A stretch of DNA of 64,000 bases, taken from the NCBI GenBank assembly GCA_964570585.1, contig CAZMYR010000003.1, positions 22,749 to 86,748 of the forward strand, given 5' to 3'. This document shows positions 43,001 to 55,293 of this stretch, in pieces. The notes below the pieces were generated by a model that saw only the letters and a list, made by a program, of their open reading frames with translations, did no database searches and had not been told where the DNA came from. This stretch comes from an uncultured Planctomycetia bacterium. GTDB lineage: Bacteria > Omnitrophota > Gorgyraeia > JABMRG01 > JAFGKX01. How positions within the stretch are numbered: position 1 is the stretch's first letter; every line of letters begins with the position of its first letter. A program made the position numbers and the translations under genes.

Positions 43001-45207
43001 CTTCTCTTCTTCTTCTGCCAGGCGATTAAAAGCGGGCTGGCGATAAATATGGTTGAGTATATACCAGAGATAAAACCTACTATAAGACAAAATGCAAAAT
43101 TGTGTAATACCTCACCACCAAGAAAAAATAATGCAAATGCAGTAAATAGTGTAGTAAGGGTAGTAAGGACCGTCCTGCCTAAGGTCTGATTTACGCTCAT
43201 ATTTATTAATTCTATAAAGTTTATCTTGCGAAGCAAGCGCATATTTTCTCTTATCCTGTCATAGATAACCACTGTGTCATTTATAGAATAACCGGCAATG
43301 GTCAAAAGTGCCGCAACTATAGTTAAATCAAACTCCTTGCCTGTTATTGCCATTGCCCCTATCGTAACCAATACGTCATGAAATAAAGCTACTACTCCTG
43401 CCAATCCATATTCCCAGTGCTTAAATCTTATGCCAATGTAAATCAGAATGCCGGTCAGACCTAAAAGCAATGCCTTAATTGCATTCTTTCTTAAAAGCCT
43501 GCCTACTGATGGTCCAACCTTCTCCACCCTCATCATTTCAGCCTGGTTGTCTTTAAAATCTTGCTTGAAGGTCTTTTTTATCTTATCATATGTATCGGTG
43601 TATGTCCTTATGAGCACATCGCGATTATCTGCAAATTGCTGTATAGAGGCGCTGGCAAGGTCTACCCTTGCCAAACTATCACGAACCATAGCAATATCAA
43701 CCGGTTTTTGAAACCTGAATTGCTGCAGGGTGCCACCGGTAAAATCCACGCCAAAGTTTTTCTCGCCTCTCATCGTAAAAACAAAAATTCCTACAGCAAT
43801 AACCACAGCCGATAAAATATAACAAATCCTTCTTTTTGCGACAAAATTTATACGAGTGCCGCTTATTAAACTGAGCATGCGGAGCCTGCCAAATTTAGGA
43901 GAGCGACTAAGTACATTAAATATAGTTCTGGTAACAACAAGGGCAGTAAATAAACTGGCCAGAATACCTATGGTAAGTGTCATAGCAAATCCGCGAATAG
44001 GACCTGTCCCGAATTGAAGCAGCATAATAGCTGCTATGATTGTAGTTACATTTGAATCTAAAATTGCGCTGAAGGCCTTAGAATATCCGATTGAAATGGC
44101 GCTCCGGACAGTCTTTCCTGTCTTAAGCTCTTCTCGAATTCTCTCATATATTAAAACATTGGCATCTACTGCCATGCCAATAGTAAGTATCAAACCTGCA
44201 ATGCCCGGCAAAGTTAAAGTAAAGTGAAAATAGCCCATTACCCCGCCTATGATTATGATATTTAATAAAAGGGCGATGTTTGCTATTATCCCTGAAAGCA
44301 TATAATATATGAGCATGAAGACTATGACTAAAATAAAACCTGTCAAAATAGCGCACAGGCCTGCATTTACCGAGTCCCGTCCTAATAACGGACCTACTGT
44401 CCTTTCTTCCTCTATATATACTGGCGCAGGAAGAGCACCGGCGCGCAATACAATTGCTAAATCGTTTGCCTCATCCGGACTAAACCTCCCTTCAATTATC
44501 GCTTCTCCGGAAGGTATCTCTTCCTTTATATTAGGGGCAGATTTTACAACGCCATCAAGCACTATAGCGAGTCGGCGTCCAACATTGTCTCTGGTAACGC
44601 GGGCAAATTTTCTCGCGCCTTCTCTATTGAAAGATAGACCTACTACAGGTTGATTAAATTGGGACTGTTGAAACTTAACTGTAGCGTCTTTTAAATCAGC
44701 TCCGGCAACTTCGGCTTTTTCTTCAAGAAGGATTGGCTGGCCTTTTTCGTCTTCTTTCAATTCATAGCCTTCGGGAACATTGTTTTCCAGGGCGCTCTTT
44801 AATTTCTCAGGGTCTGCTGAAACCAGTTTAAACTCTAAAAGTGCAGTTTGGCCTACCAGCTCAATAGCCCTATCTCTATCCGTTACTCCTGGTAGCTGTA
44901 CTACTATTTCATCCTTGCCCTGTCTTTGTATAGCAACCTCTTTAACCCCAAATTGGTCTATACGATTCCTTATTATCTCTAATGCTACATCCGGCGCATC
45001 CTTTGCCTCTTTCTCAGATAACTTTGCTGTATCAACCTTAAGCACAAGGTACATTCCACCCTGGAGGTCAAGCCCTAAATTTATCCTTCCTTCCCGAATT
45101 ACTTTACCTGCTTTATCTTTTATGGTAAACGGGGGAAATAAACTCCACAGGGATAAAATAATAACAACTAATATAAGCAAAACCTTCCATTTAAGGTTCT
45201 TCTGCAT
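42997..45207 (-). CDS. secDF: fused protein translocase subunits SecD-SecF
   Basis: 736 aa, 12 TM, periplasmic domain. Confidence 0.9.
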   Translation of the reverse strand: MQKNLKWKVLLILVVIILSLWSLFPPFTIKDKAGKVIREGRINLGLDLQGGMYLVLKVDTAKLSEKEAKDAPDVALEIIRNRIDQFGVKEVAIQRQGKDEIVVQLPGVTDRDRAIELVGQTALLEFKLVSADPEKLKSALENNVPEGYELKEDEKGQPILLEEKAEVAGADLKDATVKFQQSQFNQPVVGLSFNREGARKFARVTRDNVGRRLAIVLDGVVKSAPNIKEEIPSGEAIIEGRFSPDEANDLAIVLRAGALPAPVYIEEERTVGPLLGRDSVNAGLCAILTGFILVIVFMLIYYMLSGIIANIALLLNIIIIGGVMGYFHFTLTLPGIAGLILTIGMAVDANVLIYERIREELKTGKTVRSAISIGYSKAFSAILDSNVTTIIAAIMLLQFGTGPIRGFAMTLTIGILASLFTALVVTRTIFNVLSRSPKFGRLRMLSLISGTRINFVAKRRICYILSAVVIAVGIFVFTMRGEKNFGVDFTGGTLQQFRFQKPVDIAMVRDSLARVDLASASIQQFADNRDVLIRTYTDTYDKIKKTFKQDFKDNQAEMMRVEKVGPSVGRLLRKNAIKALLLGLTGILIYIGIRFKHWEYGLAGVVALFHDVLVTIGAMAITGKEFDLTIVAALLTIAGYSINDTVVIYDRIRENMRLLRKINFIELINMSVNQTLGRTVLTTLTTLFTAFALFFLGGEVLHNFAFCLIVGFISGIYSTIFIASPLLIAWQKKKRR

Positions 45208-45229
45208 CTATTTACTCTCCCAGAGGTAA

Positions 45230-45274
45230 TTGGGACGTCCTGCAGGGGGGGCACCCTGCAGGACGTCCCCAACC
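45230..45274. repeat. palindromic element family B, copy 1 (GGGACGTCCTGCAGGG-N6-CCCTGCAGGACGTCCC)
   Basis: read directly; inverted copy at 51973-52018. Confidence 0.85.
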
Positions 45275-45290
45275 AGAAAGAAAAATCTGG

Positions 45291-45626
45291 TTACTGGCTA
45301 CTGGTTTCTGGTTTCTTCTTCAATCCTGCTACCGCAGATTTCGATATTTCCAGCTTTACATTTTCGTTTACTCTAACTGTGAAAGTATTCTCTTTTACAT
45401 TCACAATAGTGCCGTGTATTCCTCCTGTGGTAATTATTTCTTCATTCTTTTTAAGTTCGCCGAGCATCTTTTGATGGTCTTTCTGCTTCTTTTGCTGCGG
45501 CCTTATAAGCAAAAAATAAAATATGGCAAAGATTAGTATAATAGGCATAAAACTAACCAGAGGACTTGGCGCCTGTTGTCCCTGCGTCTGCGATGGCTGA
45601 CCCATTGCATAGGCATTTGTTAGCAT
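45291..45626 (-). CDS. yajC: preprotein translocase subunit YajC
   Basis: 111 aa, single TM, conserved. Confidence 0.85.
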   Translation of the reverse strand: MLTNAYAMGQPSQTQGQQAPSPLVSFMPIILIFAIFYFLLIRPQQKKQKDHQKMLGELKKNEEIITTGGIHGTIVNVKENTFTVRVNENVKLEISKSAVAGLKKKPETSSQ

Positions 45627-45649
45627 AAAAAACTCCTTCCGTTATTGGG

Positions 45650-47900
<2,251 letters not shown>

Positions 47901-47904
<4 letters not shown>

Positions 47905-49064
47905 TCCGTCAACTTAACAACTTCTGCGCCCGGGTAATAGTGCCTGAGTATCTGATAACAATTATAGCCTTTTTTTGCCATGGAAAAGGCTCCCCACTGG
48001 CACATTCCCACACCATGACCCCAACCATATCCTTTAAAATGGGCTTGATTATCTTCAATTGACATACTGAAATTTGTGCTATTTAAGACTTTTGTGCCTA
48101 ATATATTGCGAAACTCTTTTGCGGCCATTTTTATGGTATTGTCTGCTTTAATCCTTAAGCTCCTTACTCTGCCCGATCTATCTCTGGATAGAATCTTTAT
48201 AGATTTTATTTTACCTGTCGGTTCTTTAGCCCTGCTTATTTTATCTTCAATCTCATCTAAAGAAATTGTCTTCGCCCATATAAAATACGGAGAATTTTCG
48301 CAAAAAGGGCAGTTTACGCCTCTGAGCGGTTTTACCCCTGATGAAATCTTCCATAACCTCGATGCTTTTTCAGTTCTGCCTCCGCATGTAGCGTGGAAAA
48401 AGGCCGGCAAAACCCTACCTCTATACATTAGAATCTGGCCTGCAGTTTCATCAACTGCTTTGCTGGTTCTAAATTTCTCTCCAAATACGCCTCTGTATAC
48501 CTGTGAACTTACATCTGCACGAAGATAGTATTCTTTATCAGACCTTTGCTGGGCTTGATAAATAGCAAATGTCCTTGAAGCTATGGCCTGGGCCTTTATA
48601 GCCTCCAGGGGCCATCGGTGAGATATTTCATAGTAAAGAACACCTTTAATATAATTTTCTATATTTAATACATTTATAACTGAAAGCAAGCCTTGTTTTG
48701 TCTTTATTAATTGTAACCTGCCTCTATACAAACACTTCCCTACATATATAGATGGGTCTTTGGCAGGTATAATCTCTATCCCATATATCTTAAAATAATC
48801 CTCTTTGAATGTCCTAAAATGTATTCCATGCTCAAAAGCCCTGACTTTCGCCTGCCACAGAACCTCACCTTCTTTAAGGACTTCCCCGGTCTCGATTGTA
48901 GTTATTTTATACGGCCCTTTTACTGCTAATTCTATCTCTTCTACGTCTTCATCTATTGCTACCCTTATCTTATCAGGCACTGCTACTGATAAACTGTCTA
49001 CCTCTTCTGACAAGCAGAATAATATGGCAAAAATAAAAAGAACGAATATGAAGGATTTTCTCAT
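47901..49064 (-). CDS. SpoIID/LytB-domain protein (amidase enhancer), secreted
   Basis: signal peptide plus SpoIID motif ISHRWPLEAIKAQAIASRTFAIYQ. Confidence 0.7.
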
Positions 49065-49268
49065 TTTCGGGTTAGTAGATATAATACAATTGTTATTGCT
49101 GCACTAATTAAAAGGCAGGTAGCTAAGGGGAGGTAAAAATGGAAATTATCCTTTTTTATATAGATATCGCCAGGCAGTTTACCCAAAAATGGAATCTTAT
49201 CGAAAAACTGCAAAAATATTCCCAGCATTACTAACAATATCCCGAATATAATAAGGGTTTTGCCAATC

Positions 49269-49814
49269 TTAATTTTGAATTTTTAATTTTTTATACCGTT
49301 CCCGCTCACTATATATACATCCGCAATACTTCTGATGATAGAGCCCCATCTGTCTTGATAAATTATGCGACTCTCTAAAACCTGTTCTGAAGTCTTCATA
49401 ATAAAAATTTATTCCATAATTTTTTTCTAAAGAGGTGGCTATATCCTTTATCTTGTCTTGATCCTGATATGGGCTTATCAACAAAGTTGTAGTAAATGCG
49501 TCAAAATTTTCTCTTTTGGCAAACTCTGCGGTTATTTTTAGCCTTAATTGCCAGCATAAGCTGCATCTATCATCCTGTTCATGGAGTGTTATCTTTCTAA
49601 AAAAATCCTCAAATTTATATTCTCTATGGAAAAAAACGGGCAAATTTAACTTCTCCGATACACAAACTACCGATTCCCTCCTTTTATCATACTCTGAAAC
49701 AGGATGTATATTGGGATTATAAAAAAAGCCGAAAACTTTATGGTCTTTTTCACGAAGGGTGTTTATGCAATAAATCGCGCAAGGCCCGCAACATATATGC
49801 AGTAGGATTCGCAT
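49269..49814 (-). CDS. queH: epoxyqueuosine reductase QueH (DUF208)
   Basis: 181 aa, CCGPC plus Cys cluster. Confidence 0.75.
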   Translation of the reverse strand: MRILLHICCGPCAIYCINTLREKDHKVFGFFYNPNIHPVSEYDKRRESVVCVSEKLNLPVFFHREYKFEDFFRKITLHEQDDRCSLCWQLRLKITAEFAKRENFDAFTTTLLISPYQDQDKIKDIATSLEKNYGINFYYEDFRTGFRESHNLSRQMGLYHQKYCGCIYSERERYKKLKIQN

Positions 49815-49868
49815 CGTTTAGCGTTTAGCGGATAGCGTTTAGCCGATGGGAAAACTATTCGCTATACG
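49815..49868. repeat. (CGTTTAGCG)-type tandem array with complementary CGCTAAA array; queH-ruvB spacer
   Basis: read directly. Confidence 0.7.
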
Positions 49869-50906
49869 CTAAAATAGCTCTTTCTGCTTCTCTCTGGTTT
49901 TCTTAAGATGTTGATATGCCAGGTCAGTAATTTTTCTGCCGCGTGGAGTGCGTTTTAAAAAGCCGCTTTTAAGCAAAAATGGCTCCACCACATCAACTAT
50001 TGTATCGGATTCTTCATTTAAAGAAGCGGCCAATGACTCTATGCCTACAGGCCCGCCTTTATAATAATCGATTATGGCAAAAAGAACCTTTCTATCTATA
50101 GTATCCAGGCCAAACGAATCGATGCCCTGGGAATTCAAGGCCTCATCCGCTATTTCTTTAGTAATGGCACCGGATTTTTTTACCTGGGAGAAGTCTCTTA
50201 CCCGGCGAAGCAGGCGATTGGCAACACGGGGAGTGCCTCTTGAGCGCCTGGCTATTTCCATCGCTCCTTCTTTGTCAATCTTAATATTTAAAATTTTCAC
50301 AGAACGATTTATAATCTTCACCAGCTCTTCCGGCTGGTAAAAATCTAAATGAAAAAACATGCCAAACCTGCCCCGTAAAGGGGCGGAAAGTAATCCGGAA
50401 CGGGTAGTAGCTCCTATAAGGGTGAAATGCTTTAGATTAAATTTTATTGTTTTTGCATACGGGCCTTTATCTATAACAAAATCTATCTGGAAATTTTCCA
50501 TAGCCGGATAAAGAAATTCCTCTACAACTTTAGATAAACGGTGCACCTCATCTATAAACAAGACATCCCCTTTTTCTAAATTAGTAAGTATGCCTATTAA
50601 ATCCCCTGCTCTTTCTATTGCCGGGCCTGATGTAGCGGTTATTTTAGAACCCATCTCGTGGGCAATGATATGAGCTAAACTAGTCTTACCTAATCCGGGA
50701 GGCCCTGCAAAAAGCATGTGCTCAAGAGGTTCTCGTCTTTCCTTTGCAGCCTGCAAGGATATAAGCAGATTTTCTACAGTCTTTTTCTGCCCTACAAAGT
50801 CGCTTATTTTAGTAGGACGCAAAGAAAGATTTAATATCTTATCCTCATCAGTCTCCTGCTGAAGGATTATCTTCTCTCTTTTCGGCTTTGGGGTTTTTTC
50901 CTTCAT
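49869..50906 (-). CDS. ruvB: Holliday junction branch migration ATPase RuvB
   Basis: Walker A GPPGLGKT, 345 aa. Confidence 0.95.
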   Translation of the reverse strand: MKEKTPKPKREKIILQQETDEDKILNLSLRPTKISDFVGQKKTVENLLISLQAAKERREPLEHMLFAGPPGLGKTSLAHIIAHEMGSKITATSGPAIERAGDLIGILTNLEKGDVLFIDEVHRLSKVVEEFLYPAMENFQIDFVIDKGPYAKTIKFNLKHFTLIGATTRSGLLSAPLRGRFGMFFHLDFYQPEELVKIINRSVKILNIKIDKEGAMEIARRSRGTPRVANRLLRRVRDFSQVKKSGAITKEIADEALNSQGIDSFGLDTIDRKVLFAIIDYYKGGPVGIESLAASLNEESDTIVDVVEPFLLKSGFLKRTPRGRKITDLAYQHLKKTREKQKELF

Positions 50907-51013
50907 ACTAGCAACTATTCCTTACAAAAGTTTATTGTCGAGACCTGAAACTTATTAGACCCTACAACAGTCTGACCCCTTGCTGCTTATATTTTTCCAC
51001 TGACACATTCACA

Positions 51014-51757
51014 TCAGGACTTATGGCGTAGTATTTCAAGTTCTTTTCTTAACGGTGCCCAGTATTCTATATCCTTTTGTCGCTCTCGTGCTTCCTCTTC
51101 ACGAAGTGCTGAGCCAAGTTTTTCTGTATCTCTATTAATTGCCAGGGATAAAAGGGGCCTGCGTGCAAGACATTCCCTTGCAATTGCAGGATATCGCCTT
51201 GTCAATTCAATTAAAATAGATGTATCCCGACATTCGCGAAGCCACCATTTTATGCGCTCATCTGAGGGTTTATCTTTGTTTGATAAATAATCATTCTCTA
51301 CAAGGCGTTTTAACATAAGCCAATCTTTATCGCGCTGAGTTTTTTTGCTTTGAACAAGGTCTCGCAGACCGATGACGTCGATAGAGCTGCCGTTTTTTAA
51401 TACCACGGTTTTTTTACGTTTCCATAATTTATCAAATGGTTCCGAGCCGCGCAATTTAGATATTATGTCAATACGCAATTTTTCTACGCCTTTTGCATTA
51501 CACCGAAAATGACAGGCATGTCCACGTTCTAAATACTCTTGCTTAAGCGGCGGCACATAGATACGAGTTGCATTCAAGGCGCTTAAAGCAGCTTGCAGAG
51601 ATTTAAGGTTTTTCGGTGTGCATAATAAGACAAAATCTGAATCACGGCTAAATTCAGCAGCACCGTAAATAATACAGGCCTGTCCGCCGATTAGCAAACA
51701 TTTAACTTTATGCTTCTTTAAAGTAGAAAGGACTTTGAGGATCGGGTTCGGGGTCAA
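51014..51757 (-). CDS. predicted nucleotidyltransferase (Pol-beta superfamily core GG...S.D.D, plus about 150-aa helical C-terminal domain); alternative start codon
   Basis: LLIGGQACIIYGAAEFSRDSDFVL motif; no in-frame ATG near the N-terminus. Confidence 0.5.
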   Translation of the reverse strand: MTPNPILKVLSTLKKHKVKCLLIGGQACIIYGAAEFSRDSDFVLLCTPKNLKSLQAALSALNATRIYVPPLKQEYLERGHACHFRCNAKGVEKLRIDIISKLRGSEPFDKLWKRKKTVVLKNGSSIDVIGLRDLVQSKKTQRDKDWLMLKRLVENDYLSNKDKPSDERIKWWLRECRDTSILIELTRRYPAIARECLARRPLLSLAINRDTEKLGSALREEEARERQKDIEYWAPLRKELEILRHKS

Positions 51758-51893
51758 GACTCCCTCCTAATGCAATATAAAGTTTCCATAACTTAGTTGT
51801 TTCGGAAAAACGTTCAGCGGGCGTAAGCCTTAGCCATTCAGCGTTTTCATCTACAAATTTCTGTTTTGTGTATTTAATCTTTTGTTTCTTCAT
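51708..51893 (-). CDS. small hypothetical protein (61 aa) overlapping the NTase gene by 50 nt
   Basis: ATG-initiated ORF; no recognisable domain. Confidence 0.35.
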   Translation of the reverse strand: MKKQKIKYTKQKFVDENAEWLRLTPAERFSETTKLWKLYIALGGSLDPEPDPQSPFYFKEA

Positions 51894-51966
51894 TGAGGGT
51901 AAAAGGGGACGGTTCTATTTTTTACATTTTTCCTGGTGTCCCCCTCAGGGGAAAAAATTCCTTCTT

Positions 51967-52086
51967 CTAGCATGGTTGGGGACGTCCTGCAGGGAGGCAA
52001 CCCTGCAGGACGTCCCCACTACTTACATCAGTCTCCTGCTGAAGGATTATCTTCTCTCTTTTCGGCTTTGGGGTTTTGTTTTTCAT
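51967..52086 (-). pseudogene. duplicated 5' fragment of ruvB (first 17 codons, 52 bp identical to 50846-50897) fused in frame to codons from palindrome B; 39-aa ORF
   Basis: read directly; [20 protein letters not shown] versus Ruv[21 protein letters not shown]. Confidence 0.6.
51973..52018. repeat. palindromic element family B, copy 2 (inverted relative to copy 1)
   Basis: read directly. Confidence 0.85.
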
Positions 52087-52098
52087 ATTTTTTAATGG

Positions 52099-52659
52099 TT
52101 ACTCTAAATAAAGCAAATATGCCTCCCACTTTCCATTATAACTGTCAATAACGTAGGTATCTGTATTAGCAGGAGTAACAGTATCTTCTATGACATAGTG
52201 TCCTTGATTTTTTGGGTCAGTATCATTACTTCGAAATAATATTTGGTACTGGCTTGTTGTTCCATCGTAGAGAACCCTATACTGGCATATTGTTGTATCG
52301 CTTGAAGTTGGTGGTATCTCTATGTTTAATTCATCTTCAGCATTAACATAATCACTGATAGCTTCTGTCCAATCCCAGGGAAAATAACCTCCCTTTTTAT
52401 AATTATAATACCTCTCTGCTGCAAGAATAACCTGTACGGTATTGGGTACCTCCTTCAATTTCGCCCTGGTACGAAATGTTTCAAACTGAGGATACAATAT
52501 TGTAGCAAGAATAGCGATAACAACTGTGACCATTAATAATTCTACTAAGGTAAACCCCGTTACAAATTTACGTTTGCTATTCTTCTTTTGTATGCTTTGG
52601 TTAATTTGTAACGGGGTAAATGAGTTCCTTTTCTTTGGCTTTATATTTTTTTCTTTCAT
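52099..52659 (-). CDS. type IV pilin / pseudopilin-like protein (prepilin-type N-terminal cleavage/methylation domain), 35-aa leader
   Basis: KRKFVTG-FTLVELLMV class III signal; hydrophobic N-terminal helix. Confidence 0.75.
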   Translation of the reverse strand: MKEKNIKPKKRNSFTPLQINQSIQKKNSKRKFVTGFTLVELLMVTVVIAILATILYPQFETFRTRAKLKEVPNTVQVILAAERYYNYKKGGYFPWDWTEAISDYVNAEDELNIEIPPTSSDTTICQYRVLYDGTTSQYQILFRSNDTDPKNQGHYVIEDTVTPANTDTYVIDSYNGKWEAYLLYLE

Positions 52660-52671
52660 ATTCTTTAATGG

Positions 52672-53217
52672 TTATTCTAAATAACCTAGATATTTATCAT
52701 AGGGACTTTCGATAGTATAGTTACGTGTTTGTATAACGCACTCACCTACTTTTTTTTCGTCTTCTGCAGTATTGTCAGCTTTCCGAAAATGTATTGCCCA
52801 GGTACCGGGAGTAGTAGTATTATCCACCCAATATTCGCATACATCTCTAGGAAGAGTTATATTTAATTCATGCTCAACTTCCGCATTGCCATGAGCGCTA
52901 CTAGTATAAACAAAATTATCAGCATCGGCCGCAGTCCAGTCAAAATAAGCACCAATTTTAAAATTATAATACTTCTCTCCTGCAAGAATTAGCTGTATGG
53001 TATTCGGTACTTCCTTCAATTCTGTCCTTATACGAAATGTTTGAAATCGGGGATACATTATTGTAGCAAGAACACCGATAATAACTACGACTATTAATAA
53101 TTCTATTAAGGTAAGCCCCGTTACAAATTTACGTTTGCTATACTTGAAAATATAATTTTTAAATATATTTTGTATGCTTTGGTTAATTTGTAACGGGGTA
53201 AAGGAGTTCCTTTTCAT
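52672..53217 (-). CDS. type IV pilin / pseudopilin-like protein, paralog of the gene at 52099-52659
   Basis: KRKFVTG-LTLIELLIV signal; shared leader KRNSFTPLQINQSIQ. Confidence 0.75.
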   Translation of the reverse strand: MKRNSFTPLQINQSIQNIFKNYIFKYSKRKFVTGLTLIELLIVVVIIGVLATIMYPRFQTFRIRTELKEVPNTIQLILAGEKYYNFKIGAYFDWTAADADNFVYTSSAHGNAEVEHELNITLPRDVCEYWVDNTTTPGTWAIHFRKADNTAEDEKKVGECVIQTRNYTIESPYDKYLGYLE

Positions 53218-53849
53218 CTTATTCCCCTTTTTGTCTTTTTCTGGTTATAAACCTCGTTCAATAGTTGTTCTGTGGTCTCTATATCAGGATTTTGTTCAAG
53301 AGCACTCTTTACCATCCGGTCTGCCTCGGTCTTTTTATATTGAAGCTGGCTTAAAACTTCTAATGCCTCTTCTTCTATATCTTTCCTTAAAGCTATCTCA
53401 TCGGGTTTAAATCTATCTTTTATAAGACCGAACCTGCCAACTTTACCCTGAAGCTTTGCAATTATCTGCTTTGCCCTTTGCTCTCCTATGCCGGGTAGGC
53501 ATCTGAGGTGTGAGGTGTCTGCCGATTCTATAGCTTGAATAATCATTGATATCGGTTCACTCAATGCCTTAACAGCAGCCTTAGGCCCTACGCCAGAAAC
53601 GGTTATAAATTTTTCGAAGAATTCCTTTTCTATCTGATTTGTAAATCCGATCAACACCGGAGTGCTCCTTGCCGGGTCATTTGCAAGATAATGGAAAGTT
53701 ATCAGTTCTATCTCATTGCCAATCCTGGCATCTTTTAAATCGTTCAATACCGTAAGCGGAACCAGAATCTCATATCCTATGCTATTTATTTCGATAAGTA
53801 AACTGGCTTCATTCTTCCTGATTAGCTTGCCTTTGATTCTGGATATCAT
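53214..53849 (-). CDS. ruvA: Holliday junction DNA helicase RuvA
   Basis: 211 aa, OB domain plus HhH motifs; 4-nt overlap with the downstream pilin-like gene. Confidence 0.9.
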   Translation of the reverse strand: MISRIKGKLIRKNEASLLIEINSIGYEILVPLTVLNDLKDARIGNEIELITFHYLANDPARSTPVLIGFTNQIEKEFFEKFITVSGVGPKAAVKALSEPISMIIQAIESADTSHLRCLPGIGEQRAKQIIAKLQGKVGRFGLIKDRFKPDEIALRKDIEEEALEVLSQLQYKKTEADRMVKSALEQNPDIETTEQLLNEVYNQKKTKRGIR

Positions 53850-53859
53850 AAGTATAGGA

Positions 53860-54000
53860 ACGTTTCCAAAATCAAAGAGGCAAATGTAGGAACGTTTCCA
53901 AAATCAAAGAGGCAAATGTCCCCATAAAGGGGACACTTGCCCCTTAGATTTCGGAAACGTTCCTGGGGACACTTGCCCCTTAGATTTCGGAAACGTTCCT
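53860..54000. repeat. composite direct and inverted repeats (AGGAACGTTTCCAAAATCAAAGAGGCAAATGT x2; GGGGACACTTGCCCCTTAGATTTCGGAAACGTTCCT x2) in the ruvC-ruvA spacer
   Basis: read directly. Confidence 0.8.
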
Positions 54001-54470
54001 TTCTGTTTATATATATGTGTCAAACACAAAGCCAGAGCATCAGTTATATCTGCCGGTCCCTTAGAAGGTTTTAGATTCAAAAGGCCTTCTACTGTACGCT
54101 GAACCTGCTGCTTCGAGGCATTGCCATTGCCAGTTACAGCTTGCTTTACTGTCTTAGCCGGATAATTAACCAGCTCTAAATTTTCTAAACCGCAAGCTAA
54201 AACAATAATCCCTCTGGCATGACCCATTAGAATTGCTGTCATCGGATGCCTGTAATGAGAATAGAGTTTTTCTAGAATGCAAACTTTGGGTCTGGTCTCT
54301 TTGATTAAATTTAAAACTTGGGAATAGATGATATTAAGACGGATGCGTAGATTTTGTTTACCGGATGTTTTTATTGTGCCTGCTTCTACAATTTTTATAT
54401 TCCCTCTATTTTGCACAACTACGCCATATCCGGTTACATTCAGGCCTGGATCTATTCCTAGAATTCGCAT
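53904..54470 (-). CDS. ruvC: crossover junction endodeoxyribonuclease RuvC (start trimmed to MRILGIDPG)
   Basis: conserved RuvC N-terminus; track extension translates the tandem repeat. Confidence 0.9.
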   Translation of the reverse strand: MRILGIDPGLNVTGYGVVVQNRGNIKIVEAGTIKTSGKQNLRIRLNIIYSQVLNLIKETRPKVCILEKLYSHYRHPMTAILMGHARGIIVLACGLENLELVNYPAKTVKQAVTGNGNASKQQVQRTVEGLLNLKPSKGPADITDALALCLTHIYKQKGTFPKSKGQVSPGTFPKSKGQVSPLWGHLPL

Positions 54471-54475
54471 ATCTT

Positions 54476-54538
54476 TCGTCGTGCGTCGTGCGTTCTTCGT
54501 CGTACGTCGTACGTCGTACGTCGTAATACGCAATACAT
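54476..54538. repeat. (CGTCGTRCG)n tandem array then TAATACGCAATAC; inverted partner of 22037-22078
   Basis: read directly. Confidence 0.8.
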
Positions 54539-54542
54539 ACCT

Positions 54543-55292
54543 TTATCCGCTTGCCTCCAATATTATGCTATCAGGTATATCAAAGTTCGAATAGACGTTT
54601 TGGACATCATCGTGGTCTTCTAAGCCTTCTATTAATGACAAAACGCTTCTTGCAGGAGCACCTTCTACCCTAACGGTGCTGGATGGAATCATGGTTATCT
54701 CATCAGATTCTATTTTTATATTAGACTTTTCAAATGCAGTTTTTACCTTTTCAAAATCAGCCACGCTGGTAGTTATCTCATACATATCGCCTTCAGTCTT
54801 CATATCCTCTGCGCCAGATTCTAAGGCTGCACTCATAAGGATATCCTCATCTACACCCTGTTTTTTTACAAGAATAAACCCTTTCTTTTTAAATATCCAC
54901 TGAACACTGCCCTGCCCGGCCATACTGCCGCCTTTTTTCGAGAAAATGGTTCTTATTTCTGCGGTTGAGCGATTTTTATTATCGGTGAGTACCTCAACTA
55001 ATATTGCTACACCTTTTGACCCATACCCCTCATAAATAACTTCTTCGTAAGTTATGCCTGGTAGCTCTCCTGTGCCCTTTTTAATGGCCCTTTCAATATT
55101 ATCTGATGACATATTGCAAGACTTGGCTTTATTCACAACTAATCTTAAGGATGGATTAATATTAACATCGCCGCCTCCCTGCCTGGCTGCGACTGTTATC
55201 TCTTTAGCCAATTTTGAAAATAACTTACCTCGTTTAGCATCTACTGTTGCTTTTTTATGTTTAATTCCTGCCCATTTTGAATGGCCTGACAT
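54543..55292 (-). CDS. yebC: YebC/PmpR family DNA-binding transcriptional regulator
   Basis: 249 aa, conserved. Confidence 0.9.
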   Translation of the reverse strand: MSGHSKWAGIKHKKATVDAKRGKLFSKLAKEITVAARQGGGDVNINPSLRLVVNKAKSCNMSSDNIERAIKKGTGELPGITYEEVIYEGYGSKGVAILVEVLTDNKNRSTAEIRTIFSKKGGSMAGQGSVQWIFKKKGFILVKKQGVDEDILMSAALESGAEDMKTEGDMYEITTSVADFEKVKTAFEKSNIKIESDEITMIPSSTVRVEGAPARSVLSLIEGLEDHDDVQNVYSNFDIPDSIILEASG

Positions 55293-55293
55293 A

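Noticed and set aside
52099-53217. Type IV pilus or type II secretion operon
   Set aside because: Only two pilin-like structural genes are present, with no PilB/C/D/M-Q or Gsp machinery genes in the window; called pilin-like only.
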